A stretch of 64,000 bases of DNA, from positions 36,979-100,978 of the IMG/VR virus record IMGVR_UViG_3300035208_002851. The stretch is one strand, 5' to 3'. Position 1 is the stretch's first letter. The number at the start of each line of letters is the position of its first letter. Made by a program: the position numbers and the translations under genes. Below, piece after piece: positions 41,901 through 52,866 of the stretch. The notes beneath the pieces were generated by a model that was not told the origin of the DNA, ran no database searches, and saw only the letters and a list, made by a program, of their open reading frames with translations. This DNA is from a virus. Its lineage: Duplodnaviria > Caudoviricetes.

Positions 41901-44853
41901 CGTCCTTATACGCTATAAGGTGTTCTACTGGGCGCTGATGCGCTCCTACAAACACTAAAAGCTTTATATCATCCCTTTGCTTTTTTCATCTCACTAAAGA
42001 GTGTGTAACGCATGACAACCGAAAAAGCCATAATAAACCATCTACAATCTTCCATTAGATATGAACAACAAGAAGTTGTACGGTATTCTAGCGAAGTAAC
42101 AGACTGTGTAGGTAGTAACTTTTCACAAAACCTAAATCATTTCACAACCCAATTAACCATACATAAAGCTCGACTAAAAGTTTTTGAAGAACTCCTAACA
42201 GAACTACCAACAATTCACGAACCAGTGACAAACTGTCCAATCTGCGTTGAAACCCATAAAAAACTTAAAGAATCCTTGAAAGAACCTATCACTAAAATTG
42301 TTCAAAAAATACTCGAAAAAGCCTATTGGGCATCAGAAAAAAGCTACTATCCAGACACCGAAGAATACACCAAGCACATGGAAGAGCACAAGAAAAACCA
42401 CGAACTCTAACCCTCTCTTACAGCAATCTTCATATACTCCTTTTTATTTCTTTAGTTTACAAAGAGTGAAACGAAGTATGACAAAACAAAGTAAAACAAA
42501 AGGGTTAGTATTTTTACCAAAATGTGTACAACATGACTGCAAGGTCCAACAACTGTTGCACGCTACGCAACCTAAAAGACACGGCGGTCGTAAATCAATT
42601 AAACTCGAAGAGATTTCTCCCACCATCCGGGAACGAGTCTTCAACCGTCCCTCCTCTCTTAAGTACGTTCCCCTCACTTCAAAAACTCTCTAAGTTTCAC
42701 AACGTCGTAACACGGTGGTTCCACATGAACAAAAGAATGCAAGCCTCACTAAGAGTAGTAAGACACCCAACGAGAATCTTCACAATCTGGTTGAGGCTCA
42801 CCTACTTCCTCTATTACTTTAAATGGAGTAAACTCTCAGTTAAGCGATCTATAGAAGTCTTCCCAGATTGCTTCTTCACCTTAAACTATGAGGAGCTCCG
42901 CGAAGAGATTCTCCTTGCAAGCAAAACATTCAAATAATCCTTTTTCTTTTTGTAAAACTGTGACTCTCTATGAGTAACACTAAAGTAGAAAACCTCAAAC
43001 TCTTCCTCAAGCAATTCAACGAAGAGTCCTCCGGCTGTGAATGCTTACAGAACGCTACGCCACTATTAATAGAACGTACAGGTCATGAAGAAATTCACAT
43101 TCTCTATGAAGAGTTGTACACGGACGACATAGCCTTCATATTATCCACTTGTCTAAAGTACGACTTGCGTATCAAAATTGAAGCTGTCTCCAGCGAAGTT
43201 TTCCTCATTCTCATCTATCCCTAATCAACGCAAAGCTTTATATCATCCCTTTCTTTTTTTGTTCTACAGTGAATAGACATGAGTAAAACACCCCAAGTTT
43301 GGTGCTACAAGTATAAATGGCTCCCTAAAGAACTCTACGAACTTACACTACGCGGCGAGCCTGTCAAAGCTCTCTTAGAGACTGAAATACTTGGCGCTGC
43401 AAGCCACGAACATCTCAACAGGTTGCACCACTCTGTAGACACAGAAGCACGGCTGACAGCTACTCAGAGAGTTGAACTCTTCCAAGCTATAGACACAAAG
43501 TGGACCATTCTTTCGGGAGAAGAAATTCTATGAGAAACAAAAACATTCAAGCCTATGCAGTTTATGACTGGAAAGAACATCACAAAGCCTACAAATTCGT
43601 AGATAAATGGAAGAAACTGGGGTTTAAAGTTTTTGATTATGGCGCTTTAGAACAAGATGCCTTTATTCTTGTAGCCGCCATTACAAAACCTATCAAGAAA
43701 GAAATCCAAAATCGCCATTATCTCAGAGACTCAGTTGAAGGCAATTTTGAAAATCCCATTGAGGTGTAACACATGGGTTTCTACTATGACTGTCAAACCA
43801 AAACAATAGTACAACACGACTTCCAGTTAGACCTCATAGATCCCAAACATTGGGTACGTCATGAGTATCTCGGAACGTGTAAGTGCCCAAAATGTCTACA
43901 AAGGTGAAGAAACTTTGCACGAAAAACACTTTGATAAATGTCCCTGTTGTGAAGGACCAATGCAACGTGAACTGAAAGGTCGAAACACTATCTACCATTG
44001 TTTAGAAGATAGTCATTGCGGAATAATTATCATTGTTCCTTACTGTTAAGCCAATGCCCGCTGTTTAAGCAACACTTATTAGCTCCTTATCTCTCTCTTT
44101 TTCTCAAAGCGTAGCAACGCAAAGTTCGCAACCTGAAAAAGTAGTGACAACTATGCCTGAACTTCCAGAATGTCGGAAATGCGCAGCCTGCTGCGGAGAG
44201 TGCATCTTTCTAAGCTACGCTCCCGCGACGGAACTCTTCTCCTGTCTCATCTACAAGAACAAACACCGAACTAAAGTTAACCTTGAAGATGAAGACTGGT
44301 TTGTTAAAACCCCAGAAGAACATTTATTTGACCAACTTGAGGAAATTGTTTCAGGTTCATACTGCAAAGTGTGCCATAATTTTTATTGTCACAACGACTT
44401 TGAGCGAAACTACTACCATCAATTCATAGAAGATCAAAAGGAGAAAGCTTTGCGCACTCAAGCTAAAGTCCGTGAGAGAATCCCAGATTTCGACACGCTC
44501 ATAGAAATCCTAAACGCGGAGGTGACAAAATAATGGGAAATGAACATATATATAAACTCGTTAGACCAGTGCCTGCAACCAACGAAATAAAAATGCTAAT
44601 CAAGTTCATGTTCTATCCACCTAAAGAACCATCAGAAGACCTCAAGTTCCTCGACTATAAATGGTTCTACGATGTAAGTGACAACTTCAAACTTGGCGGT
44701 AGATTTAGAAGTACCCACATAGAAATCGAGAATGGCTTCCTCATCAAGTTCTATTGTAAAGCAACCAATTCATGCTTCAATGAGGACATGAAACGATATA
44801 TATCCATGCTCAATTTGCGACCACAAATCATTCAATGGGAAATTGAAGGTTAG
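38953..44853 (+). CDS. Array of about 15 small hypothetical genes, mostly monocistronic cassettes (38953, 39436, 39864, 40256, 40560, 41151, 41440, 42012, 42478, 42970, 43279, 43530, 43861, 44144, 44533)
   Basis: Most are preceded by TTTATATnnTCC, a pyrimidine tract, GTGA/GTGT and ATG; consistent C-rich codon usage. Confidence 0.6.
41958..41974 (+). promoter_or_regulatory. Representative copy of the repeated viral promoter (TATA box + TCC)
   Basis: AAAGCTTTATATCATCC, identical at 43232; variants at 39810, 40210, 47876, 53336, 53699, 56138, 60191 and others. Confidence 0.75.
44144..44533 (+). CDS. YkgJ-like CxxCxxCC cluster protein
   Basis: CRKCAACC...CIFL...CLIY..R...C..FYC. Confidence 0.55.
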   Translation: MTTMPELPECRKCAACCGECIFLSYAPATELFSCLIYKNKHRTKVNLEDEDWFVKTPEEHLFDQLEEIVSGSYCKVCHNFYCHNDFERNYYHQFIEDQKEKALRTQAKVRERIPDFDTLIEILNAEVTK

Positions 44854-45105
44854 GAAGTGTTGACTGGTAGTAATACGACCAGTAATCTTCCTTAAAAGAG
44901 AGCTCCTTATTTTACTTCCTAACCATGAACCTATCCTATTCCCTTAAGCATCGCGGAGCTCCACATTTTACAAATTCGATAATGTTCTTACCAAATGGTT
45001 TGGTTGACTGATCTCAGAAATAATCTTGGAAAATCTATAGAGAGCTCCACAGTTAAAATATCTACAAGTTCCACCACTTTAGAAAATGTAGGCCCAACCC
45101 TTTTC

Positions 45106-45321
45106 CTAAGGATTGTTTTCAAGATAAAACCGTACTTGAGTGCACATACGGAGACCTTCATCGGGTTCTATCCGGCAATCTTCTCCTGGATTTTCCAGGC
45201 AGTCTGTCTGGTATTCACAGTCTACACAACAAATTGTACATGGGTGACCTTCTAGGAGCCTTTGACAGTCCCACTTGTTAAGAGTCTGGTCTACTTTTTT
45301 ACCGCCGATATACTTCTTCAT
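45106..45321 (-). CDS. IGG-motif Cys-rich microprotein (N-terminal motif)
   Basis: MKKYIGGKKVDQ. Confidence 0.7.
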   Translation of the reverse strand: MKKYIGGKKVDQTLNKWDCQRLLEGHPCTICCVDCEYQTDCLENPGEDCRIEPDEGLRMCTQVRFYLENNP

Positions 45322-45324
45322 TTC

Positions 45325-45522
45325 TCAAGTTCCCTTCCAGCATTTGTCATTATAATGAGGTCCACAAATTCTGCAGGTACAACCCTTTGTTCCTATAAAT
45401 CCTTGATTAACTCTTGGAAGACCACAGTGACCGTTACAAGTACTCTCCCCATGACATGTTTGACATTTGAACCTGAAGCCTGCTGTCTGGATTTTTTTCT
45501 TTCCACCAATATATTGCTTCAT
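45325..45522 (-). CDS. IGG-motif Cys-rich microprotein (N-terminal)
   Basis: MKQYIGGKKKIQ. Confidence 0.7.
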   Translation of the reverse strand: MKQYIGGKKKIQTAGFRFKCQTCHGESTCNGHCGLPRVNQGFIGTKGCTCRICGPHYNDKCWKGT

Positions 45523-46043
45523 TTCTTCTTCTTTTTCTCCTGTATATGCATAGGCTCTGCATAGTAGACCTTTCGGGTTCCTGCAAGGTTGCCTAAGGTT
45601 TCGGCATTAAGCATGATTGCGCCGTCTGGTATTACGACACATCCTGTTTCGTCTGTGTATGCTGTGCCTATATGATACTTCATAGTTTCACCTTATTTGG
45701 TGGTTGTTTGGGATTTTTTTTGCCTCAATTTCTTCTATTAGAAGTTTGTAACTTGGAGCTGCACACACCCCGCAATTCTTTTTGGAATATCTGCGATGCT
45801 TACAGTATGAACCATGAGGTGTTTTTGGTGTTCTTGTTTCTTGGCAAATTCTTGTCATAGTTTACTCACACTTTTAAGTATTCTGAAAGGTCTATTAAAA
45901 GCTATTGCTCTACAGAGGTTCGCCCTCATTAACATCCTCTTCCTCTTCGTTTGCTACAGCTTTGCTTCTGTGAAAGTGTTCACTTTGTGGAGAACAACCT
46001 CGTAGGGTATCTACTTTAGATTTCTTCGTCGTATAACTCACCT

Positions 46044-46367
46044 CTATTTCATTTGTGAAACTCGGTAACCACCGATGATTTTCTTATCTGGTTTAACATA
46101 TTGAGTGTAGTTTATGAGTTCCCAAACTCTTAGACTCCAGTTGTATTGATACCATGATCCATCTTCAAGTACAACGAATCCCACTCCTCTCGTAAATGGT
46201 ACATTGGTGTCTTTTACTTTTCCTCCACAAGTTTCACAAACTGGATGTGCAGTCATTTTTGGTTTATTTGGAACATTAAATTGAACTAAACTAATAGGGT
46301 TGTTAGCCATTACATTATGACACCAAGGACACAAATAAACTTTTTCTACAGGTTGCATTTTTTCCAA
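46044..46367 (-). CDS. IGG-motif Zn-ribbon microprotein (C-terminal)
   Basis: KKIIGGYRVSQMK*. Confidence 0.7.
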   Translation of the reverse strand: MEKMQPVEKVYLCPWCHNVMANNPISLVQFNVPNKPKMTAHPVCETCGGKVKDTNVPFTRGVGFVVLEDGSWYQYNWSLRVWELINYTQYVKPDKKIIGGYRVSQMK

Positions 46368-46627
46368 CTACCGTGAAAATTGAAAGTTGATCCATCTGGT
46401 AGAATTATGTATTCAGGACCATAAATTCCATCATTTTGGTGGTTTACACACCTAAAGTGTCTGCCTCCGACGCGTATCACATCTTCTCTCGAATTGTAAC
46501 GGAGTTCATCTCCTGCAAACCCACAGGCCCATCCTCCATCAGTATCGTCCCTAAGTTCACCGTGGTTTTCACAGAGACATCTGCGCAAGCCCTGTTGAAC
46601 TTTTCTTCCACCTATATATTGCTTCAT
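46346..46627 (-). CDS. IGG-motif microprotein (N-terminal)
   Basis: MKQYIGGRKVQQ. Confidence 0.7.
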   Translation of the reverse strand: MKQYIGGRKVQQGLRRCLCENHGELRDDTDGGWACGFAGDELRYNSREDVIRVGGRHFRCVNHQNDGIYGPEYIILPDGSTFNFHGSWKKCNL

Positions 46628-46821
46628 TGTTCGATCCTAAACTCCAAATCGCATACTGCGGGAGACATCTGTCCTCCAAGACATCTACCACAGACACATG
46701 TTCCTTTGTTGCATTTTTCCAATGCATTTCTACATCTAAAGATTCTACCGCAGTCTACACATTTAATATGTGTGATGTCCTTATCTTGGATTAGCTTTGT
46801 TCCACCTATATAGGTTTTCAT
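46624..46821 (-). CDS. IGG-motif Cys-rich microprotein (N-terminal)
   Basis: MKTYIGGTKLIQ; ATGA overlap at 46818-46821. Confidence 0.7.
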   Translation of the reverse strand: MKTYIGGTKLIQDKDITHIKCVDCGRIFRCRNALEKCNKGTCVCGRCLGGQMSPAVCDLEFRIEQ

Positions 46822-47033
46822 TCTATGTTCCACTTCTTTTTCCATTCTTCATAACCAGGAGTATTTACCCAACAACTTGGGTAAGAATTACCGGAGCAAT
46901 CAGGACATCTACATGTATTTTTAAACGGTTTATTACGTCCATTACACAAATTACATGTAAATGTTTTACCACACTCTGTACACTTTTGGTTACCATTTTG
47001 GTCTCTTTTAAAGCCACCGATATAGTGTTTCAT
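46818..47033 (-). CDS. IGG-motif Cys-rich microprotein (N-terminal)
   Basis: MKHYIGGFKRDQ. Confidence 0.7.
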   Translation of the reverse strand: MKHYIGGFKRDQNGNQKCTECGKTFTCNLCNGRNKPFKNTCRCPDCSGNSYPSCWVNTPGYEEWKKKWNIE

Positions 47034-47034
47034 T

Positions 47035-47238
47035 TTAACCAAACCTCGTTTTGCATTTAAAGGGTGTATTAGGATCAACATGAATTCGGCAGAAGCAGAA
47101 TGTAGTACCTTTAATTTTAACTTCGTCTTTACATTCACCATTACATATGAATGATTTTCCTCCACACACATTACATATTTTTGTAAAGGTCTTCAAATTT
47201 TGATCCACTTTAGCTCCACCAATGTAAGTTTTAGTCAT
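47035..47238 (-). CDS. IGG-motif Cys-rich microprotein (N-terminal)
   Basis: MTKTYIGGAKVDQ. Confidence 0.7.
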   Translation of the reverse strand: MTKTYIGGAKVDQNLKTFTKICNVCGGKSFICNGECKDEVKIKGTTFCFCRIHVDPNTPFKCKTRFG

Positions 47239-47242
47239 GCTT

Positions 47243-47356
47243 TTAGCCCTCCAAAGTGGATATTAACCAGCCCATAACACCTATTAGTATTAATACTGGT
47301 AGAAGCAGTAAAACAAGCAACTTTGACCGTTTTCGGCGCTTCTTAGTTTTACTCAT
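47243..47356 (-). CDS. 37-aa single-TM peptide (not in ORF track)
   Basis: MSKTKKRRKRSKLLVLLLLPVLILIGVMGWLISTLEG. Confidence 0.45.
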   Translation of the reverse strand: MSKTKKRRKRSKLLVLLLLPVLILIGVMGWLISTLEG

Positions 47357-47391
47357 AGTGTACACATCTATAGAGACTAATATTACGGAGC

Positions 47392-47592
47392 TTAAATAGT
47401 TTTAGTTTCTCTCAGGAGATCGTTTTTACCAATAATGTCGCACGATTCTAATAGTAAACATTGAAAGCAAAAACGGTCTTTAAATCCGTTGCATAGATGT
47501 ATCCCGAATTCATCAATTCTGATTTGAAATTTTTGATCCCGAGGATCAAGTTTACGTTGATCCCGTTTGGCACCGCCTATATAGACTTTCAT
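47392..47592 (-). CDS. IGG-motif microprotein (N-terminal)
   Basis: MKVYIGGAKRDQ. Confidence 0.7.
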   Translation of the reverse strand: MKVYIGGAKRDQRKLDPRDQKFQIRIDEFGIHLCNGFKDRFCFQCLLLESCDIIGKNDLLRETKTI

Positions 47593-47798
47593 TGTATGAC
47601 AGCACAGCCTCCTATAAACTGCGGGTTTCCCTTTCTTTCAGTAACCATTTTAAAATGACACATTCCTTCATAATCAGGATCACATATACGACATGTGCGG
47701 CTGCAAGAAGATTTTTTATAGGCACTACAATCTGTAGAAGTGCAAATAAATTTGCCTTTACCACAGTGTGTACATGTTTTAACAACCTGTTGTGACAT
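47589..47798 (-). CDS. IGG-motif Cys-rich microprotein (C-terminal)
   Basis: PQFIGGCAVIQ*. Confidence 0.7.
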   Translation of the reverse strand: MSQQVVKTCTHCGKGKFICTSTDCSAYKKSSCSRTCRICDPDYEGMCHFKMVTERKGNPQFIGGCAVIQ

Positions 47799-47919
47799 AG
47801 TTTTTACTCTTCGTAGTTACACAACGTGAAGGATTATTTATAGATTCTCATCCTTGAGGCTTCACCCGTGATAACGAAGCTTTATATAGTCCTTAAAGCT
47901 GCTTAAAGCTGTGTAAACT

Positions 47920-48126
47920 ATGAAGCAATATATAGGCGGGCACAAGGTGAACCAAAACGAACGACCACGTTGCTGTGCTAACTGTTATTTTTTCATTTCA
48001 TCACCATATGAAAAATTATGTATGACTAATGGTAATGTATTTGATTTGGTAGAAGATTGGGGATTACAAACAGACTATTCAACTATAGGTAGAGAATGTC
48101 GTGAATTTAAGCCGCGCGTTGCGTAA
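47920..48126 (+). CDS. IGG-motif Cys-rich microprotein (N-terminal)
   Basis: MKQYIGGHKVNQ; own promoter at 47876. Confidence 0.7.
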   Translation: MKQYIGGHKVNQNERPRCCANCYFFISSPYEKLCMTNGNVFDLVEDWGLQTDYSTIGRECREFKPRVA

Positions 48127-48432
48127 GCTTTATATTAACCGAAGTGTAACTCTTGTAACGCGCAACAAATCGTAAAAAAGAGCATAGCGCACATAAAAAA
48201 GGAGAAGAGAAGCAAAGAGGGGTGGGGGATGTTGGTTTTTCTCTCATTCTTTACCCTCCCTCACCCCTTGATCCCTCACAATTCTAAAAGAAAGAGAAAA
48301 GAAAGGCGGAAAGGGTGGGCTGAGGAGAGCTGGTTTGCGCCAGCTTGCGATAATGCACTCCACGGAACACGGTGTGATCCCGTATATAGTTCGTGGCATC
48401 CCCGCAAACTTAAGTAAAAATGATGATCCAAA

Positions 48433-48785
48433 ATGTCAGTATGCGAACATAGAACCAAACGTAATATTCCTTGTGATGGTGACAGAGAGCACGGCATCTG
48501 TCCCAACTACAGTAAGTGCTGGCCCATGGATAAGGATACTATCAGTTCGTTAAGTAGTGGGAAACCAACGGAGGAAAAATAATGGTTGACTGTGAAGATT
48601 CAACTTGCCAATTTAACAGACATGGGTTTGCTGTGAATGTATGTAGTTTTGAACCGAGTATAAATTCAAAACATGAATGTATGAGTTACCTAAAGAAAAA
48701 TATCCAACCAATTAGTATGACACAGGGAACAGTAAATTGCCCTGATGGAAGCAGCTGGAAACCAGTTAAGAAGTCAACAAAATGA
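48433..48785 (+). CDS. Two small Cys-rich ORFs (48433-48582 MSVCEHR..., 48582-48785)
   Basis: Coupled by a TAATG overlap. Confidence 0.45.
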
Positions 48786-49003
48786 ACTGTCCAAACGGCC
48801 TTGGTATCTGTAGGCAAGATTACTGCATCTTGGAGACCTGTCCTAATATCAAAGAATTCATCTTTATCCGAAGGCAAGAAGAAACATTCCGAAAATTCTG
48901 GGAAACAATGGGGTAGAAAACTTTGCGCAAATTTTTCTACAGAAGTCCTGCTTAAAGTAAACTTTATATTATCCTTTAACTTTTTGTTCTATGTGTCGAA
49001 AAT

Positions 49004-49261
49004 ATGATAGTATACCATGTTATCGGTGCTGGCAAGCTTAAGAGATGTCTATTAACAGGGTATCTACCTGGTCCCGTTAGGGCCTGGAAGCAAATCTCTT
49101 CCGCAGAACGTTTCAGCAAGCAAACTGGTAGAAGTATTATACTTAGGTTAAAGTTTCCCGAAGATGGTTCAGTACAACCATTGGGAGGGCACCGCAACGA
49201 AGCAGTCTACATAGTCGGAAACTATAGTTTGAAAGGAATCTTTGGTAACATGAGCAGGTGA
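49004..49261 (+). CDS. Small protein, possibly ADP-ribosyltransferase-like fold
   Basis: VYH...L...G.L..PV..W....A..F...IILR resembles minimal H-type ART domains. Confidence 0.3.
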   Translation: MIVYHVIGAGKLKRCLLTGYLPGPVRAWKQISSAERFSKQTGRSIILRLKFPEDGSVQPLGGHRNEAVYIVGNYSLKGIFGNMSR

Positions 49262-49521
49262 ATCTATTGAAAAATTACATAGGCGGTAAAAAAGTTGTAC
49301 AGTCTATAGGTAGTACACCATTATTAGCCTGTACTGCTTTTTCTATAAGACATGAACGTTGCCGGTATTGTTGTTTCATCTGTGAACATTTATCCCACTG
49401 CTTCCGTGAATGGGAAAGAAGAGAATATGATCATCAAGGTTTCAATTGTTCTGGTCACTGCCCAGATACACAGGATTATGTTAAAAAATATGGCTTGCCT
49501 CCAAGGGTGATAGAAACATGA
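49258..49521 (+). CDS. IGG-motif Cys-rich microprotein (N-terminal)
   Basis: KNYIGGKKVVQ; paralog of the next gene. Confidence 0.7.
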   Translation: MNLLKNYIGGKKVVQSIGSTPLLACTAFSIRHERCRYCCFICEHLSHCFREWERREYDHQGFNCSGHCPDTQDYVKKYGLPPRVIET

Positions 49522-49751
49522 AGCAATACATAGGCGGAGCTAAAGTAAACCAGTCAAATAGTTTATCTGACTTAAAGTGCGCCAGTTTTGAAAATGTGGA
49601 GACACGATGCGGTCAGTGTTGTTTGACTTGTAAAGATTTACCTAACTGTTCCAGAGAGTGGAATGCAGGAAACTATGGTAGAGCGAGAGACTGTGGTTGG
49701 TGTCCTGCTGTATATGATTATGTTAAAATATATGGCGTTCCTCGAAACTGA
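49518..49751 (+). CDS. IGG-motif Cys-rich microprotein (N-terminal)
   Basis: MKQYIGGAKVNQ; shares RC..CC..C..L..C.REW...CP...DYVK.YG.P with 49258. Confidence 0.7.
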   Translation: MKQYIGGAKVNQSNSLSDLKCASFENVETRCGQCCLTCKDLPNCSREWNAGNYGRARDCGWCPAVYDYVKIYGVPRN

Positions 49752-49801
49752 GTTTCAAAAACTTTATATTGACCTGAAAGCATTCTTAGAAGTGAGCATT
49801 T

Positions 49802-50781
49802 ATGACAGAATTAAAAAAGTCGGAAGTAATAGAATCTAAAAAAGGGGAGCATTATAGATTTGTCTCCTTGGAGAACACTGAGCCAGAAGCGAAACTTCTC
49901 TGTGAACAACTTGTAAAGAAGGGCTTCCAACCAGCGACCTTTCAGCGTAACGATAATAAATTTTTCGAGGTTTTCGTGAAATTCAGCAAAGCCGAGGAAC
50001 TCATCTACCTCTTAGAGAGGAAGCATTGCGACGCTTGCCCTCCGGGTAAGAAAGCGGAATGCGACATTAAAACCTGCAAAGTTAAGTCCTCTATAGAGGA
50101 TGTGAACTGGAAAGAGCGCCTTGGGTTCTACAGTTTGATCAGCCACGACTTGAAGAAACTCAGGGAAGCAGAGGTGAAAACGAATGAATAAAATTTGTGC
50201 TGTGGTACTTACAGTATTAGTAATAACATTATTGTTGTATGTACCTATATGTTTGGTTGCTCTCATATTTAATTTACCTATTTTGGAGTCACTTCTATTT
50301 ATGAACAACTTCTTTATGGCAGCAATTATTGTAATTTTTGCCATCATAGGTATAGTTGCTGTTTTTAACTGGTATAGAGACCAATAACATGAAAAACTTT
50401 AAATAATCCTTTCTCTCTTTTTTCTTTAAGTGAGAAGTCTCTATGTGTAAACTAAATAATTGTATCCAAAGAAGACCTAAATGCAAGAACGCGAAACCTT
50501 GTGTTTAACGGAGATGTTAGAATTTGAGTAAAAGACGCGGCAAACTAAGAGCATTAGGGCTCCGTAGAGTTCCACAGAAGTTCTACGTTAACGAGGGGTT
50601 CGGCAACGGTCACTACTGCTTTAGAGCTCCTGTACAGTTGCCCACAGGAGAGGTTGTGAGATTCCGCGAGTCTAAAGATGGTTCGGAACTGTGGCACGAG
50701 CCATTGCGTAGTCCAACTTTAGAGAAGATGGGTCTACAAAGAGACAAATTTGGAAAGATAACATTAATCAAGAAGGTCTAA
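49802..50781 (+). CDS. Three hypothetical genes (49802-50191; 50184-50387 two-TM; 50524-50781)
   Basis: ORF track; promoter copy at about 49757. Confidence 0.5.
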
Positions 50782-50785
50782 AAGC

Positions 50786-51049
50786 ATGAAATGTCCTATA
50801 TGTGGAAGTTCAACAATATTTAATGATTATAGTGGACTAAGTTTGGCTATTAAAGGTTTGCCAGAAAATTGGAAAGCCCTATATTTAGAAGGATTTATGT
50901 GTTTACAATGTGGTGATTCAACAAATAGTTTCATCCTTTTAAAAGATGGTAGACTTTATATTTACAAAGATGATGATGTTTGGACATTAATTAGAAACAC
51001 AACTCCAGATCCCAAAAGAATCGGTGGTTACAAGGTGATTCAGAAATGA
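50786..51049 (+). CDS. IGG-motif Zn-ribbon microprotein (C-terminal)
   Basis: MKCPICG...CLQC...LKDG.LY...W; PKRIGGYKVIQK*. Confidence 0.7.
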   Translation: MKCPICGSSTIFNDYSGLSLAIKGLPENWKALYLEGFMCLQCGDSTNSFILLKDGRLYIYKDDDVWTLIRNTTPDPKRIGGYKVIQK

Positions 51050-51317
51050 CAGAGTTAAACTGCCCAAAGTGTGGAAACCCTCTTTTACAAAGAGACAGGT
51101 ATTCCCATGATTCTCATTATAATATTCCTAGTAGTTTGTTTGAGGATCATATCGCACTTCAATGTAGAAATTGTAGTGTATATTGTTATTATGTGCTTCT
51201 ACCTAACGGAGAGTTGTATAACTACCAAGGTCTTATAGATTGGGTGCTGGTAAGGCAAAAAAAAAGAAGAGACAGTGTGACCCATCGAAGATTATAGGCG
51301 GAGCGTTTGTACAATGA
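51046..51317 (+). pseudogene. IGG-motif Zn-ribbon microprotein split by a frameshift at an A9 tract
   Basis: A9 at 51257-51265; the -1 frame gives KKKRQCDPSKIIGGAFVQ* ending at the ATGA overlap. Confidence 0.65.
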
Positions 51318-51613
51318 GGTGTCCCATGCATGGCTGTGAAATGGAAAACAAGTCTGGAGTAGTTAGTCACCCAACATCCTGGAGTATTGAAACTTTAATG
51401 AATGGGGAAATCCCTTTAGGTACACTAGTTCAAGATAATACGGCTTGGTACTGTAAAGAATGTACACATAGGTGGTATGCTTATATACCACATAATCATA
51501 CTTTATATCATTTCGATCATATTTCCTCGGCTTGGAAAGCTGTGAAAGTTATGCCGGTTTCAAATCGCAAGTGCGACCCGTCTAAAATTATTGGAGGAAA
51601 ATTCGTACAATGA
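51314..51613 (+). CDS. IGG-motif Zn-ribbon microprotein (C-terminal)
   Basis: KCDPSKIIGGKFVQ*. Confidence 0.7.
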   Translation: MRCPMHGCEMENKSGVVSHPTSWSIETLMNGEIPLGTLVQDNTAWYCKECTHRWYAYIPHNHTLYHFDHISSAWKAVKVMPVSNRKCDPSKIIGGKFVQ

Positions 51614-51832
51614 GGTGTCCGGTATGCGGAAATGAAAAAATGGAATTTGATGAATTTGTACAGCAATACTATTGCATAGACTGTTGCCTATCTACTCACA
51701 ATAATGAATGCTGGTTTTCTCCTAATCAAGATGGTAGTATAAACACAGCATCATACTAATAAGGTTTTCTATCTTATAAGCAAAAGAAAGGTTTCACCCG
51801 ACAAAATTATAGGTGGTAAATTCGTACAATGA
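51610..51832 (+). pseudogene. IGG-motif Zn-ribbon microprotein with internal frameshift (not in ORF track)
   Basis: MRCPVCG...CIDCC stops at 51759; the +1 frame reads QHHTNKVFYLISKRKVSPDKIIGGKFVQ*. Confidence 0.6.
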
Positions 51833-52092
51833 AGTGCCCAGTTTGTGGAAATGAACTTACTGAAATTAACAGTCCTATACTTTTAAACCGTCGTAATGGA
51901 CCAGAAACACACCATTGTCACAAATGCTGTCGTAAAGAAGGTAATAACGATAATCAATGTAGATTTAAATTAGAGTCTGGAGGAGTCCTGCTACAGGTTA
52001 CTACAGGTAGACGTTTCGCCGTTTTTTCGGTAAAACTAAGAAAGGTTGACTCTAAGAAGATCATTGGAGGAAGATTCATTGCGCAAGCTTAA
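51829..52092 (+). CDS. IGG-motif Zn-ribbon microprotein (C-terminal)
   Basis: DSKKIIGGRFIAQA*. Confidence 0.7.
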   Translation: MKCPVCGNELTEINSPILLNRRNGPETHHCHKCCRKEGNNDNQCRFKLESGGVLLQVTTGRRFAVFSVKLRKVDSKKIIGGRFIAQA

Positions 52093-52348
52093 GAAGGTTT
52101 ACATCGGCGGAGCAAAGCGTAAGCAGATAAACAACGATAAGATAATTACCGAGTTAATAGAAATTTTTGGTATTTCAAAAAACATCATAAAAAATGACGA
52201 TAGAGGATTTATAGTTCCATCGTTTGTTGATACATATAGTAAAGGTTTTAAAAACTTTATGCGGAGGCATAAAGCAAAAATTGACGTTATTGCTACTGGT
52301 ACTGAAATTCCATTTACTACTTGGTATGTAATTAAACCTACCCAGTAG
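52079..52348 (+). CDS. IGG-motif microprotein (N-terminal, Cys-free)
   Basis: TTG start after GGAGG; KKVYIGGAKRKQ. Confidence 0.6.
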   Translation: MRKLKKVYIGGAKRKQINNDKIITELIEIFGISKNIIKNDDRGFIVPSFVDTYSKGFKNFMRRHKAKIDVIATGTEIPFTTWYVIKPTQ

Positions 52349-52396
52349 CGAAGCTTTTTATAATCCATTTCTGTAGAATCTATAGAAGTGTAAACT

Positions 52397-52750
52397 ATGA
52401 ACGAGAAACACAGCCCAATAGTTACTCCCAGTAATCAACCTAAAGCACTGCAACGCGAGGTTACAACTAAGAAGGCGGTCTACGCAGACCAGTTTGTGAA
52501 GCTTACGCCAGAAGCTCTCTTAGAGGAGATGAAGAAAGCGGGCGGTAGAAACTTAGTGACTGAGCAATTCGCTGTGCTTATAGCTCCTAAGGTGAAGAAG
52601 TCGGAAGATGAAGTGAAGCATCATCTGTGGGATTTAGCGTTGGCACACGTTAGGACTCAAATGAGGAAGCTAGAAGCACAGGACAAAATTACTATGACTC
52701 CAATTAAGGAAGGCGCGAAGCTGCGCTACGAGTACACGGTGGTTGAGTAA
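52397..52750 (+). CDS. Putative winged-helix DNA-binding protein
   Basis: HVRTQMRKLEAQDKI...Y.Y recognition helix and wing pattern; own promoter. Confidence 0.4.
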   Translation: MNEKHSPIVTPSNQPKALQREVTTKKAVYADQFVKLTPEALLEEMKKAGGRNLVTEQFAVLIAPKVKKSEDEVKHHLWDLALAHVRTQMRKLEAQDKITMTPIKEGAKLRYEYTVVE

Positions 52751-52866
52751 CACGGCAGTTAAACCCGTAAGTAAGGAAGAAGAGGAGCTTATGTGGGAAA
52801 CGGAAGTCATGATTACAAAGTTTACCGTGCTCAGTTTACACACAAAAATGATCGTTTATGCTATAG

